64,000 bases of DNA from the NCBI GenBank assembly GCA_045114615.1, contig JBGUKU010000099.1:1385-65384 (forward strand), written 5' to 3'. The translations under genes and the position numbers were made by a program. Below the pieces are notes generated by a model that was not told the origin of the DNA, did not search any database, and saw only the letters and a list, made by a program, of their open reading frames with translations. Origin of the DNA: Anaerovoracaceae bacterium (lineage in GTDB: Bacteria > Bacillota > Clostridia > Peptostreptococcales > Anaerovoracaceae). Below, piece after piece: positions 35,510-41,655 of the stretch (its first letter is position 1; the number at the start of each line of letters is the position of its first letter).

Positions 35510-38154
35510 TATCCTTCTTTTCTTTCTTTCAGATGTTCTATGAACAGCTTTGCCTCGTCCGTCTTCTCGAGCTCATCATAGAACTCAGGTGAGAATTCCT
35601 CGCCGTCGAATTCAAGTGCGGCGATAATAAACTCTCCCAGCTGTGAAGTCTCAAATCTGATCGTTCCGCTCTCTTCATCGTATTCGGCTTTTACAGCCGC
35701 AAGTGTCTCATCCGAGGTCTCATCTTCGTTGGCAAAGACCGCATAGAGCGGTTTATCCCTGAATTCCTCCGGAAGCACATACTCCATTTCCGCCTCGACA
35801 ACCCCGCTGAGTTCGGTGATCTGCGCACCGTTTATATATGACGTAAGGTTATAATACGGCGCTTTTTCGGCATTCTCAACGCCTTCGTTAAGATCGAACT
35901 CATTGATCTGAAGCACAATTGTATCACCTACTGTAGTGACTGCTGCGATCGTGTAATCACCGGCCGGTTTGCCAGGGTCCGGATCAACCGGTTTTGGCTC
36001 AGGCTTTGGTTCAGGCTTTGGTTCAGGCTTTGGTTCAGGTTTTGGTTCAGGCTCGACAGGATCCTCTGACGAGAACCTTGAAATGCCTGTTCCTGTAAAG
36101 ATAGGTTTGGAATTACCGCCAATATTTCCCGAGCCGGTCTGTGATGCATGTGTCGTAGTCATGGCAGATCCTCCAATGTTCTCTTCCGTAGCGGTCCGAA
36201 CCACCTTTCTTATCAGAAACACACCGTCAGCATCAGTGCTTTGCTGATAGCCATATCCAAGAATAGTCATGGACAATCTGCCGTTTTTGCAGCGGAGCAC
36301 CTCGAATAAAAATGGGGAAACCCCAAACTCTGATAATATCTCTTCAGGGACATAGGAGCTAAGCAGGTCAGTATAAGTAATCAAACCTTCTTCGTTTTTC
36401 TCTGATACATTATAGTCTGCAAGCTGAGTGTAAACCTCTTCTTCATTCACGTTTTCTTCCCATGTGTAATATAACAAGGGTTTCCTGGTATCAAGAAGAG
36501 CCAAAGACACGACCGGGATAGAATCAGCCTCCGGCATGATAATATCTTTCGGACCGAGGTATACAGATCCGTTTATCCCGTATGATACAGCACCTTTCCC
36601 GCTGTAATCGAACACCGGCCCTCCATATGTTTGGTTGCTTACTGTGGCTTCATTCACTTTAAGATCCGCTTCGAGTTCTGTAATAGCAGATTTGATCACA
36701 ACAGAGACTTTTTCGATCTCGTCAGTGATCTTAACAATACGATTGTCATTAAAAATATTTCTGCTGTATATACTCAACGAACCATTGGAAGAAGACTTTA
36801 TCTTCTTTAATTCAACATTACCCTCATAATATAGTTCGCAGTTTCCCGTGATGTTTAATTCATTGAGCGTATAATCACCACGCTCCAGAGAAACATTGGC
36901 ATCCCTGAGCTTGATGCTCGTTGTCTGGCCTTGGCTAAGTGTAATTATGGAATTCTCGATAATACCTGATCCCGAATAACCGACAGCGTCTACAAGGCCG
37001 CCGTTGATGACTCCATCATTTACCAGACTGCCGACAACTTTGAGGCTTGATATGATCACATCCGATACTCTATTGAGTTTGATCGTTGCGCCTTTTTTGA
37101 CAGTCAGATCGTTTACCTTCAGATTAGCTATGTAGTACCTGATAGCAGCTGCTTTCAATTCTTCTTCACTAAAGCCGGAATAGTCCCTTATGATAGTCTC
37201 ATTACCGTCTTCATCCGTCTCAACTACGACACCAAGAGCCTGAAGTTCAAGATAAGAGTTCTCAGGAAGTACAAGCTTCACATCTTCGATCTTATAATTC
37301 TCATCGACAATGCCTTTGACCGTTCCGTTAATAAGCATATATGATTCATCATCCTGTTTAAGGAATACTGCAACGCTGCCCCCGTCCTCTCCATAATAGT
37401 CTTTAAGAGGAAGAAGATTGAAGGAGCACCCTTCTGCAAGCTCAACCTTATCGATGAGAAGGATCCCGGTCCCGATAACATTGATGTCCCCGTCACAGGA
37501 AAGCGTTCCGATCCTGTTTAAACCGGTGGAAACGATATCGACTCCAGTGCCGTCTGATGTGATATCAGCGCTGTCTGTATAGTCCCTGAGAACTATCCTG
37601 CCGCTGTCCTTTTCGTAAGTCCATCCGCTTCCGCTGCTGTCGGCAGTGCAGTTGAGCTTAGTTCCGGCAATGGTAATCGTTTTATCTGTCTGAGCTGCTG
37701 TTCTTACTGATGCTGCAGCTGCCGGAGCAGGTGCATAAGCCGCTTTTGCCACAGCAGGTGCAGGCGCCGTATCTTTCGGATCTTCTTCAGGCCCGGACGG
37801 TTCAGGTGCAGCAGCTGACTCCGCCGTATCCTGCTCAGCAGGCTCGTACGGCTCGGGTTCTGCAGCCACTTCTTCAGCTGCAGTTCCGGCCTTTGCTTCA
37901 GATGCTTCTGGTGTTTGCATAGCTGCATTCTCAGATGATTCAGGTATTTGCGCAGCCGCACTCTCGCTTGATGCAGGAGCTGCAGGTTTCTCAGCTGCTG
38001 TCTCCGCCTCAGGCTCAGGCTGCACTGCTTCAGTATCAGCTGCTGTGTCCTGATCCTCCGGTAAAGTGTCGTCTGCAAAGACCTGCCACGTAAAAGGCAT
38101 GATCATAAGCATGATCATTAATATGCTGATGGTTTTGCGCGCATTACTTTTCAT
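35509..38154 (-). CDS. Large secreted protein A: signal peptide + Ala/Pro/Glu linker + beta-rich repeat region + (PEPK)n linker + conserved acidic C-terminal module
   Basis: 881 aa. Signal peptide MKSNARKTISILMIMLMIMPFTWQVFA-DD and AAGGGGGA RBS. Paralogous over its full length to 29939-32581. No sortase motif or C-terminal anchor. Confidence 0.8.
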   Translation of the reverse strand: MKSNARKTISILMIMLMIMPFTWQVFADDTLPEDQDTAADTEAVQPEPEAETAAEKPAAPASSESAAAQIPESSENAAMQTPEASEAKAGTAAEEVAAEPEPYEPAEQDTAESAAAPEPSGPEEDPKDTAPAPAVAKAAYAPAPAAAASVRTAAQTDKTITIAGTKLNCTADSSGSGWTYEKDSGRIVLRDYTDSADITSDGTGVDIVSTGLNRIGTLSCDGDINVIGTGILLIDKVELAEGCSFNLLPLKDYYGEDGGSVAVFLKQDDESYMLINGTVKGIVDENYKIEDVKLVLPENSYLELQALGVVVETDEDGNETIIRDYSGFSEEELKAAAIRYYIANLKVNDLTVKKGATIKLNRVSDVIISSLKVVGSLVNDGVINGGLVDAVGYSGSGIIENSIITLSQGQTTSIKLRDANVSLERGDYTLNELNITGNCELYYEGNVELKKIKSSSNGSLSIYSRNIFNDNRIVKITDEIEKVSVVIKSAITELEADLKVNEATVSNQTYGGPVFDYSGKGAVSYGINGSVYLGPKDIIMPEADSIPVVSLALLDTRKPLLYYTWEENVNEEEVYTQLADYNVSEKNEEGLITYTDLLSSYVPEEILSEFGVSPFLFEVLRCKNGRLSMTILGYGYQQSTDADGVFLIRKVVRTATEENIGGSAMTTTHASQTGSGNIGGNSKPIFTGTGISRFSSEDPVEPEPKPEPKPEPKPEPKPEPKPVDPDPGKPAGDYTIAAVTTVGDTIVLQINEFDLNEGVENAEKAPYYNLTSYINGAQITELSGVVEAEMEYVLPEEFRDKPLYAVFANEDETSDETLAAVKAEYDEESGTIRFETSQLGEFIIAALEFDGEEFSPEFYDELEKTDEAKLFIEHLKERKEG
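35989..36054. repeat. 12-bp in-frame tandem repeat (about 5 copies of AGGCTTTGGTTC) encoding (PEPK)n
   Basis: Direct reading gives cggttttggctc aggctttggttc aggctttggttc aggctttggttc aggttttggttc. On the coding strand this is EPEPKPEPKPEPKPEPKPEPKP. Confidence 0.9.
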
Positions 38155-38169
38155 GTCAGTCCCCCTTTA

Positions 38170-39723
38170 TCAGACAGCAGACCTGTCTGCGACTCCGGCA
38201 AGCATCTCCCATGCAAAAGCGTCTTTTTCTTTATCTTCTTCACTGAGTTCTGAATACGGGAGCATCATAGGATGCCTGCGCATCAGATCGTTCCTTTCAG
38301 GTGAGTATGTCCAGTTGTACATCTGGTGGTATCTCATCCAGCGTCTGTGCTCCATCTCCCTGCATATGTCCCTCTTATCAGGGTCTGCATCGCTGAACAC
38401 ATCATATGCTCTGCGGCAGTTCTCTTCCGTGAGCTCCGTGATGCTGTCGTCATCGAGAAGATATCGGACCTTTACGATCATGTGATCGGCCGCAGCTATG
38501 TTGGAACGTTTCAGATGATCGCTGAGATCGCTCCATCCGCCAGTTTTGCCAGATCCTTCGTTATAGATATCGTTGAGCGTGACCGCAAGCCTGTTGATAT
38601 CGTCCCTGACAAATGCTCTCATCGTAAATATATCTTTGCTGCTGCCAAAACAGCTGATCTTTTCAACTGTATTGTTTAACCTGACATGGACTTTTGCAGC
38701 TGTCGGGAACAGCATCATGATCTCTTTATAAGTTGCCAGATCGCTCCTGTCATCATCCTCACAGATGATGATCCTGTCGGCATTGCGTATGATCTCCGGA
38801 TGATACTCCCAGCATTCTTCGTGGAGGAACAGTGCGTCATCTTCAGGATCTCCGCCGCATAAAGTTCTGACTGCCTCACGGTGTGACTTCCTGAAATCCG
38901 AGGAATCTCCAAAGACATGGTAGCAGATGTATCTGCCCGGCTCGAATACATTGGTAAGGAGTCCCCTTTCAAGCAATTCTGCTGCGATCTTTCCGCTGCC
39001 GATCAGAACTATGGTCTTCTCGTCTTTGCGTAAAGGATGATCTCTCCAGTAGCACCTGCTGATGATCTCTTTTTTGCTGAATGTATGAAGGCTGCCCGAT
39101 ATCTCGTCAGACCCGAAGTCTGTAAGGCAGTACGTATCTATATCCAGACCGGCAGCATCTGTCGCCTGACGGTAATTCTCCCATGAGTCTTCACCCAGGC
39201 AGAAATACTTTATATCCTGCCCGCTCCCCTTCAGATCGATGAGTTCTTCAGGATTGCAGTCAAGGCGCACAACAGCCCTGCCGCCTATCCGGTTTTCTGC
39301 CGAGCGGCGGAAAATAATGGCGGCGTCAGGGTCATCAGCAAGAACGGATCCTGCAAATACAGCAGACTGCTCGTTCTCCTCACTGATCGCATACCATCTG
39401 CGGTCCCTTAACGACCGGAGTCTGAATCGCGGTCTTGCCTGTCCACTGATAAAACTTATCAGTACACCTACAAGTGCGGTGAACACCCCGAGACTGCAAA
39501 GGGCAAGAATTACACCAAGTGCTTTTCCTGCAGGGGTCACAGGGGAAAGATCTCCGTAACCTACTGTTGTAAGTGTAATGACAGAGTACCAGATGGCATC
39601 CCCTATACTGTGTATGGACGAACCCTCTGCCTTTGATTCGGCAGCCAGCAGCAATATAAGTACCGCCGCATATGCAGCTATAATCGCTATCACTATCCGT
39701 ATGTTTCTTTTTCTGCTGCTCAT
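38170..39723 (-). CDS. 2-TM K+ channel (TVGYGD filter) with cytoplasmic Rossmann-like domains and a C-terminal RyR domain
   Basis: 517 aa. TM1, pore helix, TTVGYGD (codons at 39550-39567), TM2. TIVLIGSGKIAAELLERG is Rossmann-like. C-terminal EMEHRRWMRYHQMYNWTYSPERNDLMRRHPMMLPYSELSEEDKEKD matches the RyR-domain (PF02026-type) signature as I remember it. The start overlaps the upstream stop (ATGA). Confidence 0.8.
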   Translation of the reverse strand: MSSRKRNIRIVIAIIAAYAAVLILLLAAESKAEGSSIHSIGDAIWYSVITLTTVGYGDLSPVTPAGKALGVILALCSLGVFTALVGVLISFISGQARPRFRLRSLRDRRWYAISEENEQSAVFAGSVLADDPDAAIIFRRSAENRIGGRAVVRLDCNPEELIDLKGSGQDIKYFCLGEDSWENYRQATDAAGLDIDTYCLTDFGSDEISGSLHTFSKKEIISRCYWRDHPLRKDEKTIVLIGSGKIAAELLERGLLTNVFEPGRYICYHVFGDSSDFRKSHREAVRTLCGGDPEDDALFLHEECWEYHPEIIRNADRIIICEDDDRSDLATYKEIMMLFPTAAKVHVRLNNTVEKISCFGSSKDIFTMRAFVRDDINRLAVTLNDIYNEGSGKTGGWSDLSDHLKRSNIAAADHMIVKVRYLLDDDSITELTEENCRRAYDVFSDADPDKRDICREMEHRRWMRYHQMYNWTYSPERNDLMRRHPMMLPYSELSEEDKEKDAFAWEMLAGVADRSAV

Positions 39724-41582
39724 TTTACTGACATTTCTCCTTGTTTAAGGATCTCAGGAATAATCAGAACGTTATTGATGTCATACTGCTTGTAGTCCAC
39801 AGCACGCCCTGTAATGGATCTTTCTTTTTCTGACAGATCATCAAGCTCATCCCACGGTATCAGGCAGGCATGAGTGCGGTTTTCAGAATCCTTGAACAAC
39901 CTGATGCCCGGGAGGCCTTTTTCAATGTGTTTTCTGTATGTATCAGCTCTTTCATCGAGCTCAGCGCTGCTCATAGGTGAGTATCCCATCACGAAGTGGA
40001 ATGCATTCCATCTGAGATGCTCCATCTCGCCTAATACTTCCATAACATCCGCGGCCGGCGGCCAGCAGCCTGCCATTACCTCGTCTGTTGTCAGACCTGA
40101 TGCACTTATGAATGCCGGTATGAAATCAGCAGAAGCGCGTGATGACATCTTGCTGAACGAGTCGCATGCCACCCATTTCTCCCAATCTGTCCTGTCAGAA
40201 TCATCATAAGTGCTGTTAATGATGATCGCATCACGGTCTGCTTTCTGTGCTGAAAGATACTCGAGTGAATAGATATCGGCGGTGATGATCGGACTGCCGA
40301 CTGTCTCCTGATATCTGACACCATCTTTTCCGCACCTGATGACACAGATATGTTCAGCTTTACGGCGCTTCAGATACATCATAAGATTATCCGAGATCTC
40401 GCGGTCGCTCTCTTCACTTCCGGTGCAGACCGCTATAAGCTTGAGAGTACTCAGCCTGTTATCGACGTAGTGATAGAACTCAATGCTCCTGCCATCCGCG
40501 TTGAAGCTTCTGATATCATAGTTTTCAAACATCGATGAGCACTCGGCTTTCATGTACCCTGCCTCTTTTTCAAAATTCGGTGAAAAAACAGCAGCGTGGA
40601 ATGTGCTGCCTGCAAACTGTCCGTTCATCAGCAGCTGTTTCAGTACAGCCTGTCCATGTCTGCCGAAGCCCACTATGGCGCAGTCAAAATCTTCCTGAGC
40701 ACGGCCGTCACTGCCGAATCTCACAAGTTCCCAAGGCGGGCAGGTCTTTATCAAAGCCCTTGCTGAAAGCATGGCACTGTCATAAACGTTGACGTAACCG
40801 TATCCGTACTGATCCGCAGATACCTGCAGCATCGAAGTTATGATATCTTCAGCTCCCGGAAGAGTAATGGCTGTTTTTTCAGGAGAGACGCCTGCTTCTT
40901 TAAGGGCATTTTTCAAGCCAAGAGCATAAAACAGATCTTTGTCCTCTTCATCCATTGCGAACACTTTTATATTGCGCCGGCTGACCCTGAGCCTTCTCAT
41001 CACGGACTTGTCGGACGATACAGCTGCGGGACCGCTTATAACGGACATCCCCATGTTGTTGAGATCTGTCACAGTGGAAGGATCGACATTTTCAGAAACG
41101 AAAATCACAGAACCGGCACCCCGTTCACGGCATTCCTTGCCCAGGCTTATGCTGCGGTCGTTGATTCCGTAGATCAAAGTCAGATCACCTTTTGCAGAAA
41201 GGATCATGCGCAGGTATCTCAAAGCTTCCTCACCGAGCGTGAACATCGCAGCACTGGCCATAGAATAAAACGCCAGAAGATGTATGATCCAGAATAATAC
41301 GATCCTGAACGGTGTCCCGACAGGTGAAGTGCCTTCTATTGATCCGTAATCATTTATGCCGACGAACATTTTTATCACACAAAAAGGCGTGCGGATCATG
41401 CTGAGCCCGATGTCACCGGTGCTTTCAGCAAATCCAACGCCATATATAAGTACACCTCCGGCAAAGGCTATGATCATGCATATGGTTGTGAGCCTGGCAG
41501 AAAAAGATGGTTTCAGAGCAAGGTTAAGAACCATTGCCAGAAGCAATGCAGTTGACAGGATAACAACAGTCACACTCGTCAT
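39720..41582 (-). CDS. Multi-TM protein with TrkA-N-like Rossmann domains and a C-terminal RyR domain (no pore signature)
   Basis: Start refined to ATG 41582, 5 nt after AGGAGG (track start is GTG 41588). ~5 N-terminal TM segments. AIVGFGRHGQAVLKQL is a Rossmann motif. C-terminal EMEHLRWNAFHFVMGYSP...HACLIPWDELDDLSEKE is an RyR-domain signature. Confidence 0.75.
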   Translation of the reverse strand: MTSVTVVILSTALLLAMVLNLALKPSFSARLTTICMIIAFAGGVLIYGVGFAESTGDIGLSMIRTPFCVIKMFVGINDYGSIEGTSPVGTPFRIVLFWIIHLLAFYSMASAAMFTLGEEALRYLRMILSAKGDLTLIYGINDRSISLGKECRERGAGSVIFVSENVDPSTVTDLNNMGMSVISGPAAVSSDKSVMRRLRVSRRNIKVFAMDEEDKDLFYALGLKNALKEAGVSPEKTAITLPGAEDIITSMLQVSADQYGYGYVNVYDSAMLSARALIKTCPPWELVRFGSDGRAQEDFDCAIVGFGRHGQAVLKQLLMNGQFAGSTFHAAVFSPNFEKEAGYMKAECSSMFENYDIRSFNADGRSIEFYHYVDNRLSTLKLIAVCTGSEESDREISDNLMMYLKRRKAEHICVIRCGKDGVRYQETVGSPIITADIYSLEYLSAQKADRDAIIINSTYDDSDRTDWEKWVACDSFSKMSSRASADFIPAFISASGLTTDEVMAGCWPPAADVMEVLGEMEHLRWNAFHFVMGYSPMSSAELDERADTYRKHIEKGLPGIRLFKDSENRTHACLIPWDELDDLSEKERSITGRAVDYKQYDINNVLIIPEILKQGEMSVK

Positions 41583-41655
41583 AAGCACCTCCTGTTCTGA
41601 TCCGGAAGAGTTGCAGACAATATTCTCTGAATACGGAAACTCCGTAATATTTATG

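Noticed and set aside
35989-36054. Possible CRISPR-like or regulatory repeat array
   Set aside because: The repeats are contiguous 12-mers without spacers and lie in frame inside a CDS. This is a coding minisatellite, not a CRISPR array.
35969-36247. Plus-strand ORF encoding GFGSGFGSGFGS repeats
   Set aside because: It is the mirror image of the (PEPK)n minisatellite inside secreted protein A and has no independent support.
37704-38078. 124-aa alternative-frame ORF rich in Gln, Leu and Arg
   Set aside because: It lies inside the low-complexity Ala/Pro/Glu-linker coding region of secreted protein A. Repetitive GC-rich codons keep several frames open, and nothing independent supports this ORF.
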